Source of the DNA: Planctomycetota bacterium
GTDB taxonomy: Bacteria; Planctomycetota; UBA1135; UBA2386
NCBI GenBank assembly: GCA_041178545.1
Contig: JBEGVB010000167.1
Span: 6,438 to 70,437, forward strand
DNA length: 64,000 nucleotides
Reading direction: 5' to 3'
The notes under the pieces are model-generated. The model saw only the letters and a program-made list of their open reading frames with translations, was not told where the DNA came from and searched no databases. A program made the position numbers and the translations under genes. Positions 16,765 through 25,872 of this stretch are shown piece after piece. Within the stretch, counting starts at the first letter, position 1. Every line of letters begins with the position of its first letter.

Positions 16765-17955
16765 ATGAGCTGGTCCGCCGAAGAGGCGCCCCCAAGGAAC
16801 TCGGCGCTGCGGCTCGCAGGCTTTTACGTCGCCTCCTTTGCCGTCCTCGGCGTGTTCATGCCCTTCTGGCCGCTCTGGCTGGACCAACAGGGGTGCAGCA
16901 AGTCCGAGATCGCGTGGGTGCTGACGGCGATGATCGCAGCACGGACCGTCGCGGGCCCACTGTGGTCCCAGCAGGCGGACGCGCACGGGTGTGCTGCACG
17001 CCTGGTCCGGCGGCTCGCGTTCGCGAGCATCGTTGCCTTTGCCGCCTATGGAGCAGGATCGGGAACGCTCGCCTTCGCGCTCGCGGGCATCGCCTTCGGC
17101 ATCGTCTACCCGCCCATGCACGCGCTCGTCGACGGGCTCACGGTCGCGGTCGGGCAGCGGCTGGGCTTCCGGTACGGACCGGTGCGCACGTGGGGATCGC
17201 TGTCCTTCCTCGTGGTCAACCTCGCGGCAGGCATCTGGCTCGGCACCAGCGGCGGCGGCGCCGCAAGCGAGGCGCGCGTGGCCGGCCTGTACCCCTTGTT
17301 GATCGTGCTGCTGACGCTCACCTGGGTTTGTGCACTCGCGCTGCCGCGGCGCGACGCGGTGCACCGTCCGAGCGAGGGCAGTGCCATCATGAAGTTGCTG
17401 CGCGACCCTTCGTTCCGTTGGCTGCTGCTCGCAGCCGGGTTCATCCAGGGCAGCCATGCGGCCTACTACGGCTACTCCACGCTGCACTGGATCGACCACG
17501 GGATCAGTCCGGGTGTTGCCGGCGCGCTCTGGGCCGAGGCGGTGCTCGCCGAGATCGCGCTGTTCGTCTGGTTCCGCAAGGCTGCCGACCGCTGGTCGCC
17601 GCGCAGCCTGCTGCTGCTCGGTGGGCTGGGTGCCCTCGTGCGATGGGGCGTGCTGGGTGCGACCACCTCGGTCCCGGTACTGGCGGGGGCGCAGTTGCTG
17701 CACGCGGTGAGCTTTGGTTGCACCCACCTTGCGGCGATCGCCTACGTGGGCCGGGTGCTGCCGTCGCGCCTCGCCAACACCGGGCAGGGTCTCGTCGGTG
17801 CGATGACCGGTGGACTGTTCCACGCGCTGGGCACGTTGGTCGCAGGCCGGTTGTTCGAGGTGTCGTGGGGCAGCATGGATGGCGTGCTGTCGTTTGCAGC
17901 GATGGGCGTGCTCGCCTGCTGTGGCATGGCGTGCGCGGCGCGGCTCGCGCGCTGA
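16765..17955 (+). CDS. MFS transporter (HcaT/PPP-like)
   Basis: 396 aa with about 12 predicted hydrophobic helices. The N-terminus 'LRLAGFYVASFAVLGVFMPFWPLWL' is typical of the MFS_1-like 3-phenylpropionate permease subfamily. Confidence 0.75.
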   Translation: MSWSAEEAPPRNSALRLAGFYVASFAVLGVFMPFWPLWLDQQGCSKSEIAWVLTAMIAARTVAGPLWSQQADAHGCAARLVRRLAFASIVAFAAYGAGSGTLAFALAGIAFGIVYPPMHALVDGLTVAVGQRLGFRYGPVRTWGSLSFLVVNLAAGIWLGTSGGGAASEARVAGLYPLLIVLLTLTWVCALALPRRDAVHRPSEGSAIMKLLRDPSFRWLLLAAGFIQGSHAAYYGYSTLHWIDHGISPGVAGALWAEAVLAEIALFVWFRKAADRWSPRSLLLLGGLGALVRWGVLGATTSVPVLAGAQLLHAVSFGCTHLAAIAYVGRVLPSRLANTGQGLVGAMTGGLFHALGTLVAGRLFEVSWGSMDGVLSFAAMGVLACCGMACAARLAR

Positions 17956-18010
17956 GCGGTGTCGCAGCGCTGCTGCGATCCGTCGTCTGACTTGCCGCCA
18001 GATCGGAAAA

Positions 18011-18042
18011 CCTTCACCGGGCCTTCCACGAATCCCATCACA
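18011..18042 (+). promoter_or_regulatory. Possible Pho-box-like direct repeats upstream of phoX
   Basis: 'CCTTCACCGGG CCTTCCACGAA TCCCATCACAC': TTCACC (18013) and TTCCAC (18024) are spaced exactly 11 nt apart, about 70-100 nt upstream of the phoX ATG. They resemble GTTCACC-type PhoP/PhoB repeat units. Confidence 0.2.
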
Positions 18043-18112
18043 CCGACGGTTTGGTTCCAGGGCACAAGCGTGCACCACGGCGGTGCGCGAACACCAAACC
18101 CTCGGATCCACG

Positions 18113-20104
18113 ATGAACCGCCACGAACCACACCATCTCTCCGACGAGAATCCCAACGGCTCCAACCCCAGCAACAACCCCCGCCTCGAGGAACTGGTCG
18201 AACAGCGCGTCGACCGTCGGAGCCTCCTCGGCGGAGCACTCGGTCTCACTGCGGCCCAGTTCCTCGGGGCCGGCCTGCTCGCGAGCCGCACGGCCCATGC
18301 GCGTGCTGCAGCAACGGGTGGCGAGACGTCCGAGACGAACGAGCAGCTCACGTTCACCGAGGTCCCTCCCAGCAGCGCAGACACCATCGTGGTGCCTCCC
18401 GGCTACACGTGGAGCGTGCTGGTGCCGTGGGGCACCCCGCTCTTCGCCAACAGTGCTGCGTTCCGTGAAGACGCCTCCAACACGGCGGCGGAACAGGCCG
18501 GTCAGGTTGGCTTCAACCACGACGGGATGCACTACTTCTCGTTCGACGAACGCAACGAGCGTGGCCTGCGTCAGGACCGCGGCCGCGGCCTCCTCGTGCT
18601 GAACCACGAGTACACGGACGCGAACCAGATCTACAGTGCGGCACAGGGACCGGCCATCACCAACGACGCGGCGGGACGCGAGAAGGTCCAGAAGGCACTC
18701 AACGGGCACGGTGTCACGGTGGTGGAGGTGCGCAGGGACGGCCAGGGCAACTGGTCGCACCTCGTCGGCTCCCGCTTCAACCGGCGCATCACCGGCAACA
18801 CGCCGATGGACTTCTCGGGCCCGGTCCCCGCGAACCACCCGATGCTGGTTTCGACGGTCACCCCACAGCCCCTTGGCACGCTCAACAACTGCGGCCATGG
18901 CTACACGCCTTGGGGCACCTACCTGACCGCCGAGGAGAACTGGAACGGCTACTTTGGCACGGCGAACTCGGCATGGACCGCAACCGCGCTCGAGTCCCGC
19001 TACGGCGTGACGCGCACGGGCTTCGGCTACAACTGGCACGTGGCGGAGCCGCGCTTCGACCTCGACGTGAACCGCAACGAGGCCAACCGGTTCGGGTGGA
19101 TCGTCGAGATCGACCCCTTCGACCCCGACTCCACGCCGGTCAAGCGCACTGCGCTCGGACGCTTCAAGCACGAGGGTGCAACGGTGTGTGAGGCGCGCGG
19201 CCGTGCGGTCGCGTACTCGGGCGACGACGAGAACGGCGAGTACGTCTACAAGTTCGTGAGCGAGCGCCCGTGGAAGGACCACCTCGACCGCGACGAGAGC
19301 CCGCTGGACCACGGCACGCTCTACGTCGCGCGATTCGACGCGGACGGCAGCGGCACCTGGCTGCCCCTCGTGCACGGCACTGGCCCGCTCACGGTCGCCA
19401 ACGGCTGGGTCGACCAGGCGGACGTGCTCATCCGTACCCGTCAGGCCGCCGATGCCTTGGGTGCCACGCGCTGCCACCGTCCGGAGTGGGTCGCGGTCAA
19501 CCCCAAGTCCAAGGACGTGTACGTCACGTTCACCAACGGCACGGGCAACAACAGCCCGGTCAACTCGAACCGCAACAACAACCCGTACGGTCACATCGTC
19601 CGCATCGCCGAGAAGCGGCGCGACAACACCGCAACGACGTTCCGCTGGGACATCTACCTGCTGGCCGGTGACCCTGCGTACGACCCGGCAGTTCCCGCGA
19701 CCCAGCCGGTGTTCGGATCGCCCGACGGCATCTGGGCGGACCCGGACGGCATCGTGTGGATCCAGACGGACATCAGCAACTCGTCCCAGAACCTGGCCTC
19801 GCGTGGCTACAACAACATCGGCAACAACCAGATGCTGGCTGCCGACCCGGAGACGGGCGTCGTGAAGCGGTTCCTCACCGGCCCTCGTGGCTGCGAGGTC
19901 ACGGGTGTCATCACGACCCCGGACAAGCGCACGATGTTCGTGAACATCCAGCACCCGGGCGAGTCGACCTCGTTCTGGAACAGCCAGTTCGGCGCGCCCA
20001 CGGTCTCGAGCCCCAGCACGGTGAGCAGCTGGCCGTTCGGTGGTCGTCCACGCTCTGCTACGGTGGTCATCCGCAGGACCGACGGCGGTCGGATTGGCGA
20101 CTGA
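18113..20104 (+). CDS. phoX: PhoX-family alkaline phosphatase (DUF839), Tat-exported
   Basis: Tat signal 'VDRRSLLGGALGLTAAQFL'. Motifs 'GFNHDGMHYF', 'LVLNHEY', 'NNCGHGYTPWGTYLTAEEN', 'GWIVEIDPFDP', 'RFKHEGA', 'PEWVAVNP' and 'FVNIQHPGE' are all PhoX hallmarks. Start at the internal ATG 18113 of track ORF 17810..20104. Confidence 0.9.
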   Translation: MNRHEPHHLSDENPNGSNPSNNPRLEELVEQRVDRRSLLGGALGLTAAQFLGAGLLASRTAHARAAATGGETSETNEQLTFTEVPPSSADTIVVPPGYTWSVLVPWGTPLFANSAAFREDASNTAAEQAGQVGFNHDGMHYFSFDERNERGLRQDRGRGLLVLNHEYTDANQIYSAAQGPAITNDAAGREKVQKALNGHGVTVVEVRRDGQGNWSHLVGSRFNRRITGNTPMDFSGPVPANHPMLVSTVTPQPLGTLNNCGHGYTPWGTYLTAEENWNGYFGTANSAWTATALESRYGVTRTGFGYNWHVAEPRFDLDVNRNEANRFGWIVEIDPFDPDSTPVKRTALGRFKHEGATVCEARGRAVAYSGDDENGEYVYKFVSERPWKDHLDRDESPLDHGTLYVARFDADGSGTWLPLVHGTGPLTVANGWVDQADVLIRTRQAADALGATRCHRPEWVAVNPKSKDVYVTFTNGTGNNSPVNSNRNNNPYGHIVRIAEKRRDNTATTFRWDIYLLAGDPAYDPAVPATQPVFGSPDGIWADPDGIVWIQTDISNSSQNLASRGYNNIGNNQMLAADPETGVVKRFLTGPRGCEVTGVITTPDKRTMFVNIQHPGESTSFWNSQFGAPTVSSPSTVSSWPFGGRPRSATVVIRRTDGGRIGD

Positions 20105-20108
20105 CCGT

Positions 20109-20669
20109 GTGCGTGGCGAGCCCCGTGCAACCGCGCGGGGCGCGTCGCTGCGGGGCCCGGTGGCAGCCTTGGCTGCTGCCGGGCTCGTCCTCCTCGTCCT
20201 CGTGGTGTGGCCCGGGGCGTCGGAGGTCCAGCCGACCGGCCCGCTCCCACGGGGTGCGCCTGCGACGCCCTCCGTCGCCCCAGGCCCGCACCCAGCGGAC
20301 CGCACGCTGGCCGCGGGGTCGGGCGCGGGTGCAGGGGCCGACCGTGGCAGTCCACTCCCGGGCTCGCCACCACGGCGTGCGGCACGCAACCTCGGGCCGA
20401 ACCCGTTCCGGGTCCGCCTGACCTCGGGTGACGTGCCGGCGGCAGGTGCCGTGCTCCGTGCCTGGGTGAACGGCCGCGTGTGGCTCGGCGATGCCACGTG
20501 CGACGAGGACGGTGTCGCCACGTTTCCCGATGCACGCGGCCTGCAGGTGCGCGTTGCACCTGCGGGGGACCTGGACCACCACTGGGAGGTCGAACTCGGC
20601 TCCGCGACGCACGAGCCGGTGCCCGTGCGGCTCGATCAGCTGGGTCCGGCCACCGGCGCCGTGCGCTGA
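20109..20669 (+). CDS. Hypothetical membrane-anchored protein with carboxypeptidase-regulatory-like beta-sandwich
   Basis: Candidate GTG start at 20109. One TM helix 'VAALAAAGLVLLVLVVW', a Pro-rich linker, then 'RVRLTSGDVPAAGAVLRAWVNGRVWLGDATCDEDGVATFPD'. It overlaps the convergent YfhO 3' end by 34 nt. The start is uncertain. Confidence 0.4.
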   Translation: MRGEPRATARGASLRGPVAALAAAGLVLLVLVVWPGASEVQPTGPLPRGAPATPSVAPGPHPADRTLAAGSGAGAGADRGSPLPGSPPRRAARNLGPNPFRVRLTSGDVPAAGAVLRAWVNGRVWLGDATCDEDGVATFPDARGLQVRVAPAGDLDHHWEVELGSATHEPVPVRLDQLGPATGAVR

Positions 20670-23236
20670 CGCGCGCGCAAGAGGGTGACGAGTCCGAGCG
20701 CCGCGAGGACGGCGAGTCCCACGCCGCTCGCCACCATGCCTGCAGCGAGACCTGGTGCCGCGTAGCGGAAGCGCACCGTGCATGCGCCCTCGGGCAGCTC
20801 CACGCCGCGCATGGAGTGGTTGACGCGCAGGACGGCGACCTCGTGTCCGTCGACGGTTGCACTCCAGCCCGGCAGCATGGTGTCGGTCAGCACCAACCAG
20901 CAGGCACTGCCCGCGCCGACCTCGAGGGTCACGTCGGTGGCCCGGTCGTCGACGAAGCGCACGGCGCGGGGCGGGGCGGCACCGGCAGCGGGGTCGGTTG
21001 CCGGTGCACCTGCTGCCGTGCACAGTGCCTCGTCGGCAGGCCGGAACCCAGTCGAGGTCATGTGGGCCAGCACGGCCTCGTCGTCCGGCAGCACGCGCAG
21101 CGTGCCGACGGTGAAGGCGCGCGGCAGGGCACTGGCGCGCTCGTGCACGTGGAAGCTGCCGCCCGGCCCTGCGAACGGCGGGCCCACCCGGGTGCCGCCG
21201 GCTGCCAGCTCCTCGGTGGCGAGCACGTAACGGATGCCGAGCAGGTCGAGCAGCGGGTGTTGCAGCCTCGCGTCGTCGGGCAGGGTCCGCGCGACGTATC
21301 CCTTGGCTGCCGTCTCGGGTCCGAACAGCCGCACCAGCGGTTCGTGCGACCTGCCGTCGTAGTGGGTGTCGAACTGGAGGTCGCGGATGCCGAGCGGCAG
21401 CAGCATGCCCGGCGGCAGCTGGGAGGGCAGCGTGGGTGTCCTCGAGGCACGGGCCACGGTGAACCCTCCGTCACCTGCCGCGCGGGTGCGTTGTCCTGCG
21501 AGGAACCCGTGCACCGCGGTACTCGAGTCGGTCCCTGCCTGTTGGCCGCGAAGGTAGCGGCTGCTGACCGGCAGCAGGTCGACGGCAGCGACCAGCAGCA
21601 CGAGCAGCATGGCGCCGGCGCGGATGCGCCTGCTGAAGCGGAAGATGAGCACCAGCAGGCCCGTGCCCGCCGCAACGAGCGAGAAGAGCGTGGTGCGGGT
21701 GAGGGCCCCTGCTGCCTGCTCGAAGGCCGCACGGAAGGTCGCGAGCCCGACGTACTCGTCGCGCACGAACGCAAGGTCGATGCCGGACCGCATCTCGCGG
21801 TAGCGGGCGGCGATGTCGATCGAGACGGCGTCGACCAGTTCACTGGTGCCGAGTGCGAAGCGCTCTGCCTGCCACTGGGTGAGTGCGGCCAGCACGGTGC
21901 CGCCCACGAGCAGCCAGGTCGCTCCCTTGCCGTCGCCGCGCATGCGGTCGAGCCCCGAGGCGGCAAGCCATGCGACGAGCAGCATCGCTGCCGCTGGCAG
22001 GCGCATCGGCCAGACGTTCTGCAGCAAGGGCAGCCGGAACAACTGCTCCAGCGGACCCGCACACGTGCCCAGTGCACTGGCCGCAACCAGCGCCAGGGCC
22101 GCGAACCGCCGGAAGCGGCCGGCTCCGTAGAGGGCCCCGTGCACTGCGAGCAGGAAGGCGAGCACGCCGGGGTAGAGGGCGTACTCGGTGTGGTTGTGGT
22201 TGGGCAGCAGCGCACGTCCGTCCGCACCCTCGAGCCCGCACCACTGCAGCAGCAGGGGCGACCGGTCGTAGGGCAGCACGGACGTCGTCCACGGGGTGCC
22301 GAAGAGGTTGGGGACGAGCCAGCCGACGAAGTTGACCGGGTCGAAGGCGCTCTGCAGGACCGTGTCGACGTCGGGTGCCGTGGCGCGTGCGCTGTGCGGG
22401 AAGAAGGCAAGCGTGGGCAGCAGTTGCACCGACGCGACGAGTGCCCCGAGGACTGCCCCGGCAGCGAGTGTGGCCAGCAGCGAGCCCGCAGCGCGTGGGC
22501 CCATGGCGTGCCACCGGTGGGTGCACAGCGCGATGCCGAACCCGGCTGCGAGCAACGAACCAGCTGCGGCAAACGGCGGGAAGCCGGCGAGCCACGGCAT
22601 GGCGGAACATGCACCCAGGGCGGCAACCGGTCCCGCGCGCCGCGGACTGTCGGCCACCGCGAGCATGGACCAGAGCACGCCGGGCAGCCACACGAGGCTC
22701 GCGAGTCGCATCCAGAACGGTGCGTTTGCCGCCAGGGTCTGCGAGCACTGGAACACCAGGGCCCCGAAGCAGGCGGCCAGCACTCCCATGCCGAGGTGGC
22801 GCAGCAGGCCGAAGGTCAGCCATCCCGCGACCACGAGGCTCACCCAGCAGGTCCAGCCGAGCCCGCGCTCGGGGTCGTCTGCCAGGAACAGCAACCAGTT
22901 GGGCGGGTATGCGAGGCCGAGCAGGCCGTGTGCGTGCACGGGTGCGCCACCGCGCGCCGTCGGGTTCCAGGTCGGCAACTCGCCCGCGGCGAGTTGCTCC
23001 TGCGCGAACCGCAGCTCGGGCACGAACCACACGGGCACCTCGGTGACGTCGAGGTTCGCGTCGGTGCGCATGCGTTCCAGGTCCGCAGGCTCGGCCTTGA
23101 GCGAGGCAGGAGGGAACAGGCCCAGGTCGTAGGGCACGAACCTCCGGCTTCCCGTGAGGTTGGGCCAGAGCAGCAACAACGGCAGCACGGCCAGCAGCAG
23201 CAGCGCGGGCCAGCTCCTCGGTTGCTCGTGGGCCAT
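20636..23236 (-). CDS. YfhO-family polytopic membrane protein (GT-C-like glycosyltransferase), copy 1
   Basis: Start at the internal ATG 23236 (MAHEQPRSWPALLLLAVLPLL) of the 1737-aa track ORF. There are many TM helices, followed by the C-terminal YfhO hallmark 'LLGIRYVL ... WLVLTDTMLPGWSATVDGHEVAVLRVNHSMRGVELPEGACTVRFRYAAPG' and a terminal TM. Confidence 0.75.
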   Translation of the reverse strand: MAHEQPRSWPALLLLAVLPLLLLWPNLTGSRRFVPYDLGLFPPASLKAEPADLERMRTDANLDVTEVPVWFVPELRFAQEQLAAGELPTWNPTARGGAPVHAHGLLGLAYPPNWLLFLADDPERGLGWTCWVSLVVAGWLTFGLLRHLGMGVLAACFGALVFQCSQTLAANAPFWMRLASLVWLPGVLWSMLAVADSPRRAGPVAALGACSAMPWLAGFPPFAAAGSLLAAGFGIALCTHRWHAMGPRAAGSLLATLAAGAVLGALVASVQLLPTLAFFPHSARATAPDVDTVLQSAFDPVNFVGWLVPNLFGTPWTTSVLPYDRSPLLLQWCGLEGADGRALLPNHNHTEYALYPGVLAFLLAVHGALYGAGRFRRFAALALVAASALGTCAGPLEQLFRLPLLQNVWPMRLPAAAMLLVAWLAASGLDRMRGDGKGATWLLVGGTVLAALTQWQAERFALGTSELVDAVSIDIAARYREMRSGIDLAFVRDEYVGLATFRAAFEQAAGALTRTTLFSLVAAGTGLLVLIFRFSRRIRAGAMLLVLLVAAVDLLPVSSRYLRGQQAGTDSSTAVHGFLAGQRTRAAGDGGFTVARASRTPTLPSQLPPGMLLPLGIRDLQFDTHYDGRSHEPLVRLFGPETAAKGYVARTLPDDARLQHPLLDLLGIRYVLATEELAAGGTRVGPPFAGPGGSFHVHERASALPRAFTVGTLRVLPDDEAVLAHMTSTGFRPADEALCTAAGAPATDPAAGAAPPRAVRFVDDRATDVTLEVGAGSACWLVLTDTMLPGWSATVDGHEVAVLRVNHSMRGVELPEGACTVRFRYAAPGLAAGMVASGVGLAVLAALGLVTLLRARQRTAPVAGPS

Positions 23237-23241
23237 GGGGG

Positions 23242-25863
23242 TCACGAACGGCTGGATCGGCAGGCGAGCAGGCCGAGGACCAGCAGGAGTGCCAACAAGG
23301 CGATCCGTTGCGGCCAGACGACCACCAGGGCGTCGTAGCGGAACTCGACAGTCGACCGGCCCCTCGGCACGAACACGGCGCGCAGGTGGTGGTCGGCCAC
23401 GTGGACGGTCACGCGGGTCCCGTCGATGGCAGCGGTCCAACCGGGGTCCCACGGGTCGGCGAGGCGCAGCCAGCCGGCCGCAGGCGTTTCGACGGTCAAG
23501 ACCACGCGTTCGTCCGCGAGCTGCACGACCTCGATGCGTGCGTCGCCCGCGCGTGGATCGGCCACGGGCAGCCCGGTGGCGGGGGACTCCAGCACGACGA
23601 CCTCCTGCACGTCGCGCGCGGGGTCGGCGAGCCGCGCCAGTCGCGCAGCCTTGTCGGGGATGCACTCGACCTGGTGCACCATGGTCAGGCGTGGGAGGGC
23701 GGTGGTCCGCTCGAGCAGGCGGAAGCCGCCGGTCCCTGCTGGCGTGCGGTCCACGAGGCCTGCTTCTGCAGCTGCAGCCGGGCTGCAGAGCACGAAGCGG
23801 ATGCCGAGCAGGTCGCACAGCGGGTGATGCAGGGAGGCCGCGTCGTGGAACCAGCCCACACCTGCACCGCCGAACGCCACCGGTACCTTGCCGGGGACAT
23901 CCGGCTCGATGCAGCGGAACAGCTCCTCCATGCGCGCAGGTGGCAGCGGGTTGTAGGCAGACAGGTCCTCGATGCCGTGGAAGGCACCCAGGTTGGGTGG
24001 GTACAGCGACTGGACGCGTGCGTCCTCGCGGCTGCCGAGGCGCTGCATACGCGGTCGGAAGCCACCCTGCTCGGGAGCGGCATCCAGCACCGGCTGCACC
24101 ACGAGCGGGGGCGTACGCACCCGGTTCGACTCGACGGTCTGGACGGGGCCGAGGCCTGCGTGCAGCAGCTCGCCCGCAGCAAGCGCGCAGAGCAGGCCGA
24201 TGCGGAGGGCCGGTCGACGGGCCGCGAGGGCCAACAGCACCAGCAACGAGACCGCGAGTGCGCGGGTGGCGGTGACGACGAGGGCGTCGAGGTTGCCCAG
24301 TGCCTCGCCCGGGCGCATGGCCGCGCGGATGCCAGCGGCAAGGGCCTGGGCGGATCCTCCTGCCTGCTGCACCAGCGGATTGGTCGCGTCGCGGGCGAGC
24401 AGTGCTGCCGTTGCGTCCACGAAGGAGTTCTCGTCCTGCTGCAGCAGCCAAAGCAGTGCGAGTCCGCTGGCGAGTGCAAGGGTGCCGACGAGGCCGCGCA
24501 CCAGCCTGCCCGGGCCGTCGCGCACGATGCGTTCGGCACCGAGCGCAGCCAGCACCACGAGCGCGCTGCTGGTGACGAACAGCAGCCTGCGCAGGTCGGC
24601 TGCGCCGAGGCCGGGCAGCACCTTCGCCAGCAGCACGAACGGTGTCGCGCCGCTCGCGATCCCGAAGCCGAGGGCTGCCACGGCACCGAGGGCCAGTGCG
24701 GCGCGCCTGCGGTTCCAGTTGCCGAAGGCCGCCGCGGCGCAGGCAAGTGCTGCGATGCCAAGCGAGAAGCTGCACTCGACCCAGTTGTGCACCGTGCTGC
24801 CAGCAGCGTCGGTGGGCTGCGAGAGGAGCACCAGCTGGCTCCAAGGTGGGCGGGTGGGCGCGGCAAACGGACTCGCGAGCTCGGGCTGGGCCTGGAACCG
24901 GTCCGAGGCCCAGCACAGGAGGTCGGGCCACGCGAGCGTCAGCAGGTGGTCGAGTTCCAGTGCCCGCGCGCCCGGGTCGAGCCCAGGTGCTGCAGTGCGT
25001 GCCGACTCGGTCGCGGCCAGCAGCACCGGTCCCATCTGTGCGAGCGACAGCATGCCGCCGAGGGCCATGGCACAACCGGTGCGAACCAGTGGTGCGAGGC
25101 GCTGGCCGCGCGGGTTGCCGAGGCAGAGCCACAGTGCCCAGCCCACCGAGAGGTAGCTGACCTGCAGTGCGACCACCGCGAACCCCGAGGACCAGCTCAG
25201 TCCCGTCCAGAGGGCCAGCGAACCGACGGTGCGCAGGGAGCGGGAGCCGCGGGCGATCGCGTGCACGCACCCCAGGGCAGGCCACAGCGAGAGCGATGCG
25301 GTGAGGATGACGTTGTGGTGCAGCTTGCACTGCGTCCAGAGCCCCAGCACCGCACAGGTGAGGCCCAGCAGGGCGGCGGGCTGGCCGAGTCCCACGGAGC
25401 GCAGGAACCACCATGCGAGCCAGCCGCCCAGCACGAGGTGGCCGAACACGAACCAGCCGTACCACTGCTCGGCCGGGAGCACGAGCAGCAGGGCGTTCCA
25501 CGGCTGCCAGACCTGGGCCATCTGGGGCACGAAGCTCGCGCCCCCGCCGATGTCGCGCGTCCACAGCGGGACCTCGCCCTGGCGCAGCCGGGTCTCCAGC
25601 ACCCGGTCCCAGCAGAGCGACTGGTTGTACTTGTCGCCCATCGACACGTTGCCGCGACCCACCTCGGCGAGCTGTTCGGGTGTGGACAGCAGCCCTGCAG
25701 CCTTCCGCTGCGCGCCCTGCACGTCCATCACCTCGGGCGGGTAGGGGACGAGCGAGCGTCCGGGCACCAGCGCTTCGCGCAGGAAGAGCACTGCACACAG
25801 TGCGGCGAGCAACAGCGCCTGAAGGTGTTGTCGCCGCGTGGGCGCGCAATACGCTGGGACCAC
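23242..25863 (-). CDS. YfhO-family polytopic membrane protein, copy 2 (tandem paralogue)
   Basis: Ends 5 nt upstream of the copy 1 start and has the same architecture: 'LLGIRFVL ... WLRLADPWDPGWTAAIDGTRVTVHVADHHLRAVFVPRGRSTVEFRYD' plus a terminal TM. The start is uncertain, either GTG 25863 or GTG 25908. The rest of track ORF 23242..26910 is implausible. Confidence 0.7.
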   Translation of the reverse strand: MVPAYCAPTRRQHLQALLLAALCAVLFLREALVPGRSLVPYPPEVMDVQGAQRKAAGLLSTPEQLAEVGRGNVSMGDKYNQSLCWDRVLETRLRQGEVPLWTRDIGGGASFVPQMAQVWQPWNALLLVLPAEQWYGWFVFGHLVLGGWLAWWFLRSVGLGQPAALLGLTCAVLGLWTQCKLHHNVILTASLSLWPALGCVHAIARGSRSLRTVGSLALWTGLSWSSGFAVVALQVSYLSVGWALWLCLGNPRGQRLAPLVRTGCAMALGGMLSLAQMGPVLLAATESARTAAPGLDPGARALELDHLLTLAWPDLLCWASDRFQAQPELASPFAAPTRPPWSQLVLLSQPTDAAGSTVHNWVECSFSLGIAALACAAAAFGNWNRRRAALALGAVAALGFGIASGATPFVLLAKVLPGLGAADLRRLLFVTSSALVVLAALGAERIVRDGPGRLVRGLVGTLALASGLALLWLLQQDENSFVDATAALLARDATNPLVQQAGGSAQALAAGIRAAMRPGEALGNLDALVVTATRALAVSLLVLLALAARRPALRIGLLCALAAGELLHAGLGPVQTVESNRVRTPPLVVQPVLDAAPEQGGFRPRMQRLGSREDARVQSLYPPNLGAFHGIEDLSAYNPLPPARMEELFRCIEPDVPGKVPVAFGGAGVGWFHDAASLHHPLCDLLGIRFVLCSPAAAAEAGLVDRTPAGTGGFRLLERTTALPRLTMVHQVECIPDKAARLARLADPARDVQEVVVLESPATGLPVADPRAGDARIEVVQLADERVVLTVETPAAGWLRLADPWDPGWTAAIDGTRVTVHVADHHLRAVFVPRGRSTVEFRYDALVVVWPQRIALLALLLVLGLLACRSSRS

Positions 25864-25872
25864 GGCAACACC

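Noticed and set aside
14578-18387. 1269-aa minus-strand ORF covering the vWA, DUF6265-like, MFS and phoX 5' regions
   Set aside because: It is antisense to four well-supported plus-strand genes. Its composition is dominated by R/A/G/P/H, and it has no domain-like segments.
20636-25849. Single 1737-aa minus-strand ORF
   Set aside because: Only the C-terminal 867 codons (from ATG 23236) look like a protein (YfhO). The N-terminal half is Arg/Pro-rich nonsense that runs out of frame through the neighbouring YfhO paralogue, whose own frame is 23242-25863.
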